A stretch of 64,000 nt of DNA from positions 744,001 to 808,000 of the forward strand of contig CM052834.1 of the NCBI GenBank assembly GCA_028534125.1, written 5' to 3'. The notes beneath the pieces were generated by a model that was given only the letters and a program-made list of their open reading frames with translations, searched no databases and was not told where the DNA came from. Shown one piece after another: positions 36,492-49,104 of this stretch. Source of the DNA: Lama glama (taxonomy: Eukaryota). The translations under genes were made by a program, and so were the position numbers. How positions within the stretch are numbered: position 1 is the stretch's first letter; the number at the start of each line of letters is the position of its first letter.

Positions 36492-39400
36492 AAGGCAGGA
36501 GGCACAGACGCAGGTGCTGGTGAATTCAAATAGCATTCTGGAGGAGGAAAGGGTCTGCAGACGTCCCCTTGTCTCCTCTGCGCCCGGAGCTGCTCGCGAG
36601 CCTTCCACGTGCACGAATCAGCCATCACGGAGCCCCGGGCCCCGGGTGGTCGCCGAAAGGTAACAGTCCTTTCTTCCCCTTAAAGTTCAGAACCAGTTGA
36701 AAAATAAAACATAGGAGGCACAGACTGAAATCAAACTAAAAGCTTTATTACGAACCAGTTCTAAACAGGAGGACACGGCCTAGGTGTGTGGTTACAAAGG
36801 GCCCCTAACAGCCCAGGATTAACCTACTTGCTCAACCGAAAAGTGGGACCATTCTGGGCTCTCCCTACAGGCCGGAGGCAGCCGGGCACCTGGCGAACCT
36901 GCTTTGCGTCTAGATTCAAGAGAGTCCCTGGACGAGCTGAGCCAAACTCCCAAGTCAGAGAGCTCAGTTCTCCTGGGCCGGGGTCAAGGGCAGAGCAGAT
37001 CCTCCAGGGGTGCGAAGGACACTCCCTCCCCAACCTGTGGTGAAACCAGGCGTTAGAAGTGTCCCCTCTGGGTGGGTCACCAAAATGTACGTGGGGGCAC
37101 GGGGGTAGGAGTAGTGGAACCCACAGACGCGACAGGGGCGCCCTCTCCATGATGACACGGGAGGCCTTGGGAAGCAAAAAACAAATGGAGAAGAACAGGG
37201 GCTCAGAAAGAAGACTGCACGCAGCCACCCGGGCCAGCGCCGGAGCTGGCCTGGAGCTGCTCGGGGAGACCCTGCGTAATCCACGGGACAAGGAGGGCAG
37301 GGCACCAACCCCACGGGAGCCCACGCCCGCCCGTGGCTCTCGTCCGTCTCCACCGTCTGCCCTCCCCCCTCCTCCCCCTCCCCCCTTCGGCCCGCCCCGA
37401 ACCCCAGACATCTCTGCACGGAGCCAGCGCCAATGACTCGGAGAGGCCCTTGACTGTGGCCAGATCGTGGAGGCCACGCCAACGACACCAGCCCTTTTTT
37501 GGACTTTCTTTTCCAGGCGGCCCGAGTGTTTACACACTGGGAGCAGCCCCACAGGGGCTCCCGGCGCATGACACATCCCCGCGAGCCGCAGGCTCCAGCG
37601 GAAAAAGATCACCATTGCTGGGGCCACAGCGCCCGCTTGGCTGCAGCGGGAGCGGTGGGCCTTTCTGAACCCCAGCGGACACCCCACAAACAATGACAGA
37701 CATCACAGCAGGGGCCGGAGGTGGCGTGGGCCATCCCGCCACCACTTCCCGTCGCTAAGCGCCCCCGTCCATCCCGCGCGAGGATGCACATGCTTTGCAT
37801 GCTGAGCAGCTGCGGCCAGACCGGAGGACGGATGCTCACACCGCGGGGTCGCAGGGACAAGTGCTGTCCTGGGCCTGTTTCACAGACGCGGAGACCAAAG
37901 GCCAGAGGAAGGGCCCGGGGCCAGCGGGAGGCCCCTGCTCCCACCCCAGCTCCGATTCTGCCTGCTCTCCCGAGAGTTCCCGCCTCACGGGGGCTGGGAA
38001 GACTCGGTTCTCTGACGAGCTGCAGGGCAGCCATTTTTGATTACTTGTGCAAGAGAGACACACAAGCAGGGTATTCTGGTTGGGAAGCGACTTCTCGTTC
38101 CACCCGCCAGAAGTCGTGTGGGTTCATTCACGTGGCCCGGGGGCTGTGTCTGGTCCAGCCGCTGGGCTCCCTGCGTCGGGAAGGTCAGGGCGGGAGCTCC
38201 GGGACTGCGGCCGCTCCACGGGGGCCAACACCCACCGTCCGGCCATGTCACCAAGCTGCCTCGACCTCCGGCTGGTGCCGCACAGGACAGAGCACCCCTT
38301 ATGGCGCCTGCTCTCGTTGTGAGGGCTGTCACCCTGGCCCAGCTGCATCCTCCCCATCGCTGAGGCCGGGTGGTTTCGCAGCCCACCCCTCACCTGTCCT
38401 CTGGTGCTGGGGACGGTCAGAGAAACCATGCTCCCCCTTTGCTCTTCACCCCAGTGACCCTGTGATGCTGTAAACTGTTCTGGACTCTCCTCTGCTCTTC
38501 AGAAGCCTCAGGGATGATTTTCCACCCCCCAGACATGGATGAGACGGGCCCTCGGCAGACACCAGTCTCCAGGAGACGCACCGTCAGCGCCTCGGGGAGA
38601 AGGAGAGAAGGGTGGGCACAGAGGGACAGACGTGGCCCTTCCCCGAGGAATCTGCAGAAGGCAGGGCGGTGATCTCTGTGTGGGGCCAGCAGCAGGTCTC
38701 AGGCCTGGCCCCACCTTAACAGCTGGTGAGGGTCAGAGCAGGGATTCAACAAAGGCGAACTGGGCCCACACGTCTGCCCGCCTGGCCTCCCTGCCGACGC
38801 CCCCCCCACCCCACGCCAGCACACTCATCAGGGCGCATATTAACCCTTAAATGAAGCGAGATGCCCAGCCAGGGTGACAGAGCAGAAGCCCAGCTCACTG
38901 CGGGCCGAGCGCACAGCAGCCCTGTGCCAGGTGCCACGGCGGCCTCCTGTCACAGACGGAGATGCTGAGGTCAAGAGCTGCAGGCACCTGTCCAGGGTCG
39001 CAGGGTCGGCGACCCTCAGGCTGTGACAGCCTGCCCCTCGGTCCAGACCCAGGCCGCCCAGGAGGCCGCAGTCGGGGGGCTGTCTCTGCTCCTTGCTTGG
39101 TCCTCTTCTCCGCTGTCTTGACGGCAGAGGTGGTGTTGTCTGTCTGTCTACACCTAGCGGGGCTTTGCAGGTGTGAGCACCAGCCCAGCCCCCGGAAAGG
39201 AGGGGCTTCTGTTCCCCCTCCAGCCTCGCCTCCGGCCGGTTCTGGACGTCACTCAGCAACGCGCAGCACCTGTCAGTTTCTAGGGCACCGCGGGCTTAGC
39301 ATCTCCCTTGCAGTCAGCTAGCTGAAACTGTGTGGAGACGGGCCCTTGCCTCCACCACGAGGAGGGACGCGCCCCTGGGGCCTGGGCCCAGCGGTGGAGG

Positions 39401-39559
39401 AACGTCCCTGGGAAGGACGGCAGGGAGACGCCCAGCGTTCCCACCGTGGCTGCGGGCTCCTGCGCTCCCCTCCTTAGCTGGTCAGGAGTCGGGCCGGGGA
39501 GAGGCTCAGCTCACCGGCTGTGCTGTGAACAGTCTCTCAGCCCGGCAGGGGAAGCCAGG

Positions 39560-39908
39560 TGCTGTGGCCTGAATGTGTGTACCCCCAAACCGCCGACATG
39601 ACGGTCCCTGGAGATGCCGCCGTGGGAGGGGACTAGGTGTAGATGAATCAGGAGGGGCTGCTGGTGGGATCAGTGACCTTGAAAGCCGAGGAGGAGACAC
39701 CGCAGCACCCGTCTCTCCGCACATGTGCACCAGGAGAGGCCGTGTGTGCACAGCGATGGGGCGGGGGGTGGGCGTCCACATGCCAGGAACCAAGGCCACC
39801 GACTCCTTGTACTTGGACGTCCAGCCTCCAGACCATGGGAGACACAGGTCTGGGGGTTAAGCCCCAGCCAACAGTGTCTCGTTACCGCAGCCTGAGTGGG
39901 CCGAGGCG
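39560..39908 (+). mobile_element. MLT1A/MLT1A0-like MaLR solo LTR
   Basis: Starts tgctgtggcctgaatgtgtgtacccccaaa, contains cttggacgtccagcctccagaccatgggaga, and ends gttaccgcagcctgagtgggccgaggcg (consensus ...gttatagcagcccgaacggactaagaca). Confidence 0.85.
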
Positions 39909-40015
39909 CTGGGCCGGGCAGAGACCTGCCGCTCAGTTACTGAATACGACGTGCGAGCTAAGCCTGCCCACGGACCTGTGTTCTGCCCAGCTTCCCCTCA
40001 ACAGAAGAACCACAG

Positions 40016-40050
40016 ACACACACACACACACACACTTACACACACACGCA
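40016..40050. repeat. Interrupted (CA)n microsatellite
   Basis: acacacacacacacacacac tt acacacacacgca. Confidence 0.95.
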
Positions 40051-42524
40051 GAGAACTTTTAAGTTAAAAAAGCCTGAGCGGATAAATAACCCAGCTCAAT
40101 TTTGGAAACAACTATTTTTTGAAAACAGAGAGAAAAGACGTGCGTTTCGCTGGCCTGCAAAGTCCCTCCACCATCTGCCCATTTTCCGCTGGGGTCACAG
40201 CTCCTCCTCCTTCCCGCGAGGTTTTTCGCTTTGTTCCTAAAATCCAAGTTTTCGTCCCCTCCCCCGGGGACGGGGAGGAGCAGCAGCAGCACAAGGGTAC
40301 GTGAAGGTGACGGACAAGCACGGGGAGAAGCACAAAGAGGCTCGGCAGGAACTCGGAGCCGGAGGAGGGGCGAGACGGCGCGTGAAGACCTAAAATGTCT
40401 CAGCAAAGACTTCTGTCCCTTTGCAAAGCCGTGCCACCACCTCCCCCAGGGAACCGAGGGACCCGGGAGTCCAGAGCCCATGCTGGCTGCGCCCCAGGAC
40501 GGCCAGGAAGCCCGGAGCCCAGCCTCGGGGACAAAGCGCCCGCCAGCAGGACGAGGCCTGCGGTCACGGGCCTGTCTCTGGGGACCGTCCACCACAATGG
40601 GGGGCCGCGCACTCCCCCCACCCTCGAGTTTCCCAACAAAGGTGACGCCTGATCGTGGCACCTGCAGGTTTAGTTAATTGAACCCACCGGGGAACGGAGC
40701 CCAGCGACCACGGAGCCTCAGACTCACGGGAGAAGGGCCTGCGGTGCCGGCGGATGGGGCTGCAGGGGTGCTCGCGTCCTCCCGGGGACCCAGGAGGCGC
40801 TCCGGCTTCCAGGGAACACAAGCCAGGGCTCGGAACGCGGCCCACCCCCCAGCAGTTCTAAGACAAAAGTACCATTTGTTTCCGGAATAATCAGAGTGAA
40901 AACCCAAAAAGACCAACTCAGAACGAGACCGAATTTTTAGGGGTCAGGCAGAAGGAAGGAACCTGATGAGGTCTTTTCTACTGGCAGCCCTAGATCTTCC
41001 TAATTTTGAGGGAACTTTGGTCCTACATCCGGGAGTTACCCAGGGCGCGTCCCACAGGCGCCGTGAGCGGGTGCCGGGGGCGGACAGGGAGGGAAGCTGC
41101 CAGGAGGACGCCCCTGAGGAAATCAAATCGCATTTCCCGGCAGCGGGGTCACAGGCTTCGGGACTCGCCCACCCCCAGGCTGCGTGCCGTGTGTGGTCAC
41201 CGCTCCCACCACCGCCACGATTCCGGGGGAAGAGCGGAGCACCGCCTGACAGCCCCCGGGCCGGGGGTTTGCTGTGTCGGGGGCACGGTCATTCCTGGGA
41301 CTCGTGGAAGAACAGAGTGAGGCCAGGGCAGCGGCACAGGCTGGGCTCCAGGACTGCCCCCAAGCCCCCCACATATGGGGGACCCCACCCCCTACACACG
41401 GACCCAAGGCAGCCAAGCCCACCTGCCAAGCCCTCGGGGCCTCGTCTATAAAAGGGGGAACCTTTCATCTGTCCACAGGGTCGTCAGGGCCGGGCAGCTA
41501 AAGCATTAAGCAGCGCCGACCTCAAGAGACCCCTGGTGACTGTCAGCCCTTCTCACTCACGTGTTTCAGAACAGAGACCTGGCCCACGGGACAAGGGAAG
41601 CCTGGATTTAAGGTCCCGTTCACTCTGGGAGCCGCCATCCCCAAAGCCGCAGCAGAGCCCCATCCTCTCTGCCCAGAACTCTGCCGGGGCCTCAGTGCCC
41701 GCACGACGGGGTACTGACTCCTCTGTGGATGGCCGGGGCCCCCCGACCCAGCATTGTCCCCACTGCCTCTCTCCCTCACCGGCCCTGGATGCCCCGTGCT
41801 GGTCCCAGCTCCCGAACCCTGACTTCCCTCCTGCTGGGCACCCACCCCCTTTTTCTCCTCTTGCCTAATCGGGGCCCCTGCTCGTCCCCATCCCGGTCCC
41901 CACCCGTCCTCCCTGTACACTGCGGCCGCCTTCACTGTCGCCCACACCCCGCCCTGGACATGGTCATCTTCGGGTCTTCCCTCGCTGGCCCGGCCTCTCG
42001 CCAGCGCACGGCAGGGCCTCACCAAGGCTCCTTGGGCCACTCACTGCTGTGCAAACGTGGGGAGGTTCCCGCCAACGCAGCCACAGCCCCGCCAGCCTCA
42101 CCCGCGGCCTCACAGAGGAACTCAGCCCTCATGGCCAAGTGCATTTCAGAATCCAGACGTCCCGGGTCCTAGAGGAGCAATCTGTGCGCTCACCATATGA
42201 ACGCCGTGGCAAGGTGAGGTCCCCACAGGCCTTCATGCTCCTGCCAGGGACCCTGGAAGGGCCATTCTGAGCGGGCTGAACGTGACTGAGCCCACCCCCG
42301 CCAGCACCTGCCCAGGCGCCCCGACATGAGTTCCGTCAGGTTTTGTTGCCAAATGGATAAAAGCTGAACTTCCATTTTTCAGAGATGGTTAGATTCCAGA
42401 ATCACAGAGCAGGGCTATGGGTCTGTATCAGGTGCGATGGGACAAAAAAATAAACATAAAAATAAGCAGACGACAGCCCCCCGGCCTTGAGGAGGCCCAG
42501 CGGGCAGAGCGCGAGCTCAGGCGT

Positions 42525-42622
42525 GATGCAGACCCGTCTCTGAGCCTCAGCTCCTCGCCTGTGAAACGGGCTGAAAGGAGGTGACTCACGCGGAGAGGAG
42601 AGGCTTGCAGAGCACCCGGCAA
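42525..42622 (+). mobile_element. MIR core fragment
   Basis: ccgtctctgagcctcagctcctcgcctgtgaaacggg. Confidence 0.65.
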
Positions 42623-44703
42623 ATTTCCAGCCCAGGGGGAGCCTGTACGGGGGGGTCACAGCACCGTCCTGTCCGTGGAAACCCGCACGCCTGTGTCCGA
42701 GGGCACAGGTCCCGGGAGCCTCTCGGGGACGGAGCTGAGATGACCTCCCGGAAGGAGCTTCTTGGTGGGAACGGACTCGGAGCAAACCTGACGCTCCGGA
42801 CGTGTTGCGCACAAAACGGCGGAACAGAGCACCGGTGACCGAGCCAGCTCCCCGGCCGTCCGCAGAACTCCGGGCAGCAGCGGCCTGTGACCCCAGGCGC
42901 GGCATGGCCTGCGCGCTCGGGCTGCTGTCTCTGCCGGTCGTTCCCTCTCAACACTTCCGTTTCCAAAGACGTCAAACACACAGACACAGCCAGGCACCTG
43001 TCTGCGCAGCGGAACTGCGTTCACGGCCCATGCGCGGGGTCGGGACCAGACCCAGGCCTCGGACGCCACGAAGCTGGGCTCCCAGTTTACTCTGTTTTTG
43101 TTGGTAAAAGTCATCTTCCCACTGTGAGGACAGCTCCTTTTTGCGCCAAGTGAACCTAATCCTGATGTTTATTAACATTAAACTTGACATTTACGGCCTG
43201 AGCGCCTTACCGGCATTAACGGATAATCCTCCGAGCATCCCGGGGTGGTGGGGGTGCCACGTGAGGCCCAGGACGGCCCAGGCGAGGCGTCACGGGGCTG
43301 GGCCCCCACCGCCTCGGGCTCTGCAGCCTTGTTTCCGGCCGTGGCTCTCGCTCAGGAGGCATCACCTCTTCCTTCCGCTCAGTTTCTGAGCAGCTCCGTC
43401 CCGAAGCCCCACCGGCGTCTGTGCGCTGGGCCCCGCCCGTCCAGGCACCTTCCGGTCAGAGAAGCAGGATCATCAGCCACCTGAGCCAATGGCCACGGTG
43501 CCACGGGGTCCGGAGGCTCTGGAGCAGGGGTCACACCCAGGGGCCAGCGGGCCGAGACCCACAGGTGGGTGGAACTTGACTGACATCGTTTTTAAGGTAA
43601 AAAATTTTGAGCACATTTACGAAGCAATAAATTTCACCTAAAGTCCAAATTTCGTGTCAAGAGGTCAGAAGGGCTTATAATGGCAGGTAGACAGCTCCCA
43701 CGGCGACGGTCTGCTGTGGCTGCTTCCGCCGGGGACACGAGCTTGGCACAGACCCCGGCCCTGCTGCTTCTCGAGGCCCAGCGTCCGAGTCGGCAGCTGT
43801 CTGTCCTTCTTCCTGCACTGCTGCCTCGCACGGGGTGGGAACGAGCACGCTTCCCTGGGACGTGAGCCACCCCCCGCCCGGACCTGGCCCACCTCCCCGT
43901 GCTCCCCTCCTGGCCACCTCCTGCAGGCCTCTGAGTTTGCAGCCTCCGACCTGAGCACAGAGAAGGTCCCAGGAGGTCGGGAGGCAGGACGTAGCAAGAG
44001 CCAAGTGGGGCTGGGGACGCAGGGAAGCGGCCAGAGCAGCAGCCCGGCTGGAGTCGGGGTGGGGGAAGGGGACCGGCGGCTGGAGGGCTGGGGAGAAGCT
44101 GGGATCCGGAATGAGGCTGCACAGGGAGCCAGGGTCGCGAGTGGAGATGGTGACCAGTAGGGGCCGGGGCCCGAGCGTGGAGACACCACCTCAGGGTGGA
44201 GAGGAAGTGAAGATGCCGACGGCTGAGGGCCGGAGAAACACTCCGCAGGCTCGCGCCTCCGGTGACACCGGACTGAGCGCCGCCGTGACCCAGGCACGGG
44301 GCAGGGCCAGACGGAAATCCCCGCCGCGCAGCACACAGGCCGGGCGGGGAGGGCTCCCGCCCGGACCCCGGAGATGCTTCTGCCCCGCTAGCCAAGGGCC
44401 TGGAGAGGTGCCTTGGCAAGGGCAGGCAGGCGGGGGCAGAGTCGGCGGTCCCCCCAAGGGCTGCTGAGCAGGGAGCGGGGAAGCGGGCTGGTGATTCTCC
44501 TCCCGACACAGCTCAGCCCAAGAAAGCACAGAGCGGCTGCAAACCCCGCTCGTCAATCTCCCGAGACCCTGGACCACCTTCAGAATCACAGTGCAGACGG
44601 CGGGCCCCGTCGCGCCTTTGACCTGTTTTCCCAGGCTTCTCACGTCGTGTGACTGATCACACATATTCCCCCAACGGGCTCCTCTGCCTGCCTGCTCGCG
44701 AGC

Positions 44704-44835
44704 TGTGTTTGTGTGCGTGCACGTGTGCGTGTGTGCGTGCATGCATGCCCACGCACACGTGCACACACACACACGGACAGGTCCATGCACACAGAGACGT
44801 GCACACACGTGCACAGACAGGTCCACACACACATG
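44704..44835. repeat. Compound (TG/CG)n then (CA)n low-complexity repeat forming an inverted repeat
   Basis: Arms 44711-44731 and 44750-44770 are reverse complements at 20/21 positions. Confidence 0.9.
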
Positions 44836-45516
44836 CTCACAGGCACCCCCCAAGCTTTCTCAGAAGGTCACGCTGGCAAGAAGACGTCTCAGGCGAGGGG
44901 GATCTGCACATGGAGAAAGGGGGAAGAAACACACCAGCGCAGCTCAGGGCCCCTCATGACAACCCTCTGAGCTCCGCCCGAAGAGGAGACAGAAAAGGTG
45001 ATGACGGGGCAAACGCGGACTCGTGCCGGGGGATCGTCTCCGTGTGGAGCGGAGGCACCTCCCTGAGAGGGGCTCAGGGACGCGCAGGGAGGAGGGCCAC
45101 CTCCACGGACGGGACCTCCGTGGGTTCCTTCTTGGCCAAACTCTCTACACCTGCTCTGCTCACTGGCCTTGGGTGCTTGCCCCAGAGCTAGAAGGGCAGG
45201 TGGGAACAGGGCAGGTGGAGACAGGGGCACGGACGGCGCAGGTGGCACGAGTGAGGAGGCCGTGGCGGCATTACCATGACTCGCGTCATGAGTACTCACC
45301 GTGTCCCTGGCGCTGGGCTGGCCACCAGGGCCACGACGGTGATACCTGGTGTGGAGGGGGCCAAGGGCAGAGCAGCCGAGGCGGCCCCCTGACGGAGGGG
45401 TCCGAGGAGGACACAGCAGCCCAGAGGAGGAGGGGGCAGGATGTGGGCAAGGAGGAGGTGGTCCTGCAGACGGGGGAAGGGAGCTGGAGGAAAGGCTGAG
45501 CAGGCACCCCGGGCAA

Positions 45517-45578
45517 GTGCGTGCGTGTGCGTGTGCATGTGCGAGTGCACGCGTGTGTGCGAGTGCTTGTGTGTGTGT
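45517..45578. repeat. Degenerate (TG/CG)n repeat
   Basis: gtgcgtgcgtgtgcgtgtgcatgtgcgagtgcacgcgtgtgtgcgagtgcttgtgtgtgtgt. Confidence 0.9.
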
Positions 45579-46904
45579 CTGGGGGGGTGATATGCAGGGA
45601 GAGACAGACACACCACGTGGATGATGGACAATCTGGACTTGATCACCTGACTTGAACCCCAGCCCCCCTTGGGGACCCTGGAAAGTGACTGCTTTCTGCT
45701 TCCACGTCCCCGTCCTGAGGCAGGAGGTATGTGTCGGCAGGCCAAGCAGGGGCCTGTCAAGGTCGTTCCACAGCACGGACTTCGGAGAGGAAAATTTCCG
45801 CCCCGCCCACCTCGGAGTGCAGGGACCAGCGCTCCTGGAGGCCCCAGACCCAGCGGAGCCAGGAGCGAGCGCCCCACGCTGTTAGCGTTGTGGGCAACGA
45901 TGCCCTAATGACTCAATTAGCGGCAGCAACACTTCCCGGCGGATCCACGGCTCAGCGCTCGCTGCCGACGGACTCAGTTCCTCCAGCAACAGAGCAGCTT
46001 GCAGGGAACGGGCTCCTTTCTTCACAGTCACTTTCCAAAACACTTCCATTCTCACTTGCCTCATTTTCCACTTCCTTCCCATCCCCCGAGGTCACGAGGA
46101 CCCCTCGCCAGCCCCCTCACACGCCCATGGTGCGGCTGGGTCCTCCCTGCCCCCTGTCTGGGCATCCTCGGGCCTCACCGCCCCCCACAGGTGCTCGGGG
46201 CTGCGTCCAGAGGAGCAGATGGGCACGGCCGCTGAGCCTCGGCGAACGGAGCCGGCACACGGCCGCCGTGGAGCCGGCCCAGGCGAGACCGCTGCGGGAG
46301 GCTCTCTGAAAATCTGCCCTGGCAACACCACTAAGGTCGGAGTCAGGCAGCGTGTGCAGGGGTGGAGTCGGGGCCTGGCGGCCGAGAAAAGGGCCGGTCA
46401 GAGATGGGGAGGAGGCTGAAACCTCCTGCCAGGCAGGATCAGGGGGCTTCCCAGGGAGGGGGCTGCAGCCCACGGAGCTGGGAGTGTCCCTGGGCGGACA
46501 CAGCTCCTGCAACCGCAGGACAGGGCCCTCCGCGGGCCCCGTGGTACCTCTTCTGATGCTGACTCCCAGCCCACATCCCCCCCGTGCCCAGCTGGGCCCC
46601 CCAAGAGCCCTCTCATGATGAAATGAGCTGTGGGGGATGCGTGTGCGATGTCGCCCTGGAGACGCATCCCCACACGGCAGCCCTGGTGGTGGGGCCAAGC
46701 GGGGCGCTCAGGCGGAGCCCCTCCACACGGCTCTACCAGACTCCACCGGCCCCTCCGGCCCCACAGTGCTTTCCCACCGGACGCTGGGGCAGAACTAGAG
46801 GCGGCAGCAGTGACGTGTAGGACGTGAGGAAGGGCACTGTGACAGGGGCGACACCAGCTAAATGGCCCCCATGTGTCACGTCACACAGGCCCCTCACCAG
46901 CCGT

Positions 46905-46975
46905 CCAGAGCGAGCACCCCCACCTCACAGGTGAAGAGACTGAGGGTCAGAGTGGTTATGCCATTGAGCAAAGAG
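46905..46975 (-). mobile_element. MIR core fragment
   Basis: ccccacctcacaggtgaagagactgagggtcagagtggtta. Confidence 0.65.
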
Positions 46976-49073
46976 ACCGAGCAAGCAGCAGGGCTAAGCC
47001 CGTGAGGACAAGACTCCGCCTCCAAGACCTCGGTCAGGGCCTCACAACCTCTCTGCGTCTCCAGCTCCCGCATCCCGGCCACTGCAGCGAGGTTTTCTCC
47101 TGCCTTCACCGCCCCTTCACCACCGCCTACAAGTCCAGCCTTCTATCCTCTTCTCAGAGAAGAGGAAGGTGGGCACAGTGACCTTTCACCCAAAGGACAG
47201 AGAAACCCGGACCCCTCCCCTCCCCGAGACAGGCCGGCCCCTCCTCTTCCCAATCACCTCCTGAGCACTGACCCCCTCTTGGGCCCCTCCCAAGCCTGCT
47301 CTGCGTTGCCTTGCCCTCCAAGTTCCCATCAGAGCTCCCTGCTGGTTCTGACTCACGAGGGAGCCAGACGGACCGGTTCCCTCCCTGTTTCCCCGTAACA
47401 TTCAGTGTGACCCGGGTGGCATTCCCACCGTTCCTCCCCACTCCCCACACCTTTCACCCTTCACCACTGAAGCCAGAGAGCGGATCGTGAGAAACGTCGG
47501 GGTCTGCAGCCCCCAAGCTGCACTCGAGGCAGGAGCGGGAGAGGCAGTCTGTGGCCGGGCTCCGGTGCTTCCTCGATTCAGTACCAGTCTGTCTGTGGTC
47601 CAGCGCCAGTGTTTCTGTGTTAGGAGCACGTGCAGACCAGCTGGCTACCTAGCTGCTCCTTCCCGGGAGATGCTCCCTGGCTCGCACGCGCTCAGGCTCA
47701 CTACCCACGCTGGTGGCGCTGGGGGGACCATGCCACATGCAGGAGCCTCGCTCCCAAACCTGCCTCTGTCGCCCTTGAGGGTGAAGACTGAACACGGAGT
47801 CCCTGGAAGGAGGCAGCAAATCGTTGGGCTTCCACGTCGAGCTGCACAAACGGCCACGTGGACAGGAGCGGCCGTCAGCACTGCATTTATTAACGGCCTG
47901 TCTTCAGCGTTAAAACCCACCGCCGCCCCTCCCCTGCAGGTCACGCGATCTGGGGCACAGGGTCCACGCAGAGGCTGGGAGGGCGGAGGGACGCTGCGTG
48001 GCTCTTGATCTGGACCGACAGCAAACCTGCCCACTCGTGCTGCACGAGGGGTGCTGTTTCCTGCAGCTCGGCCCAGCGTGAGAACCGTGCTGTTTGCTGA
48101 CACGGGTTTCCTGCAGCTCAGACAGAAAACGAGGAGTGAGGTGAGGCTGAAACCCTCGTCTGGACCCGGTGCTTCCTCCGGTCACGTCTTGGCAGAGCAC
48201 CATCCCTGAAAATGAGACTCTGCGGGAGGCAGGAAGGCCCGTCTTCCCTTCCCAGTTGGAAGTGTCTCAAAAGAGGTGGGCCAGCCCGCTGAAGCGGGGA
48301 GGAGCCTTTCAAGGGGTCACGCGGCCAGCTAGCGCCCGAGCCCACGTCTCCTTCCACCAAACAGCAGTCCCAGAGCCACACGGGTCCCCACGGCCCAGTC
48401 TGGCTGCTCTCAGCTCAGCTCATCATCCCGTCACCTCCTGGGTCTCAACGCGGAGCTGCAGGGTGCTTCTCCGGTGACGTCATCCGGATGAGGAGGACCA
48501 AGTGGACCCACACCATCGTCCCTGAGCGACCTGGGGAGGGGTGGGGGCGCCGCGAGGAGGCGGGGCTGGTCCAAGCGGCAGGAAGCAGCTTTCTGCTCTA
48601 ATTCATGGTAAAAGCCCCAGATCCAGAACGTTCCACACACTGGGATCAGGGCCCCCCAAGGCCACCATGGGGGGGGGGGTCCGGTCTGCCAGCCCCCTCC
48701 CTACTGGATCTGCCACACGCCCCAGACCAGCAGAACGCAGACAAACCAGAAAATGGACACGTTAACACGGCACGACTCGGAGGTGGTTTCCACCAAAACT
48801 CAAAGCAGAAGCACAGGAGGAGCGCCACGCACTGCAGCGTTCTCCTGGCGCTGGACGCTGCGCTGGATGCTGTGGACACCCTGGGGCCAGCGTCGAGGTC
48901 CCAGGGAGGGAGCAGCTTCCGAGGACCTGGCATCTTCAGAGCGAGGGGAAGGCCGTTCCCGCGGGGGTGAGGATGGCACAGCCCCGGGGGGGGCAGGGCG
49001 CCATGGCCTCCCATCTCTGGGAGAGCAACTTGGGTCACTTCAACGACCGGCTCCGCTCAGGCCGGGCACCCTC

Positions 49074-49104
49074 GCCAATCAGAGGGCACGGTTACCATGG
49101 CGAC
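49074..49104. promoter_or_regulatory. NF-Y CCAAT box plus RFX X-box composite motif
   Basis: GCCAATCAG at 49074-49082 and near-palindromic GTTACCATGGCGAC at 49091-49104. Confidence 0.5.

Noticed and set aside
35943-36628. ORFs spanning the N runs (also 53229-53546)
   Set aside because: Artefacts of assembly gaps.
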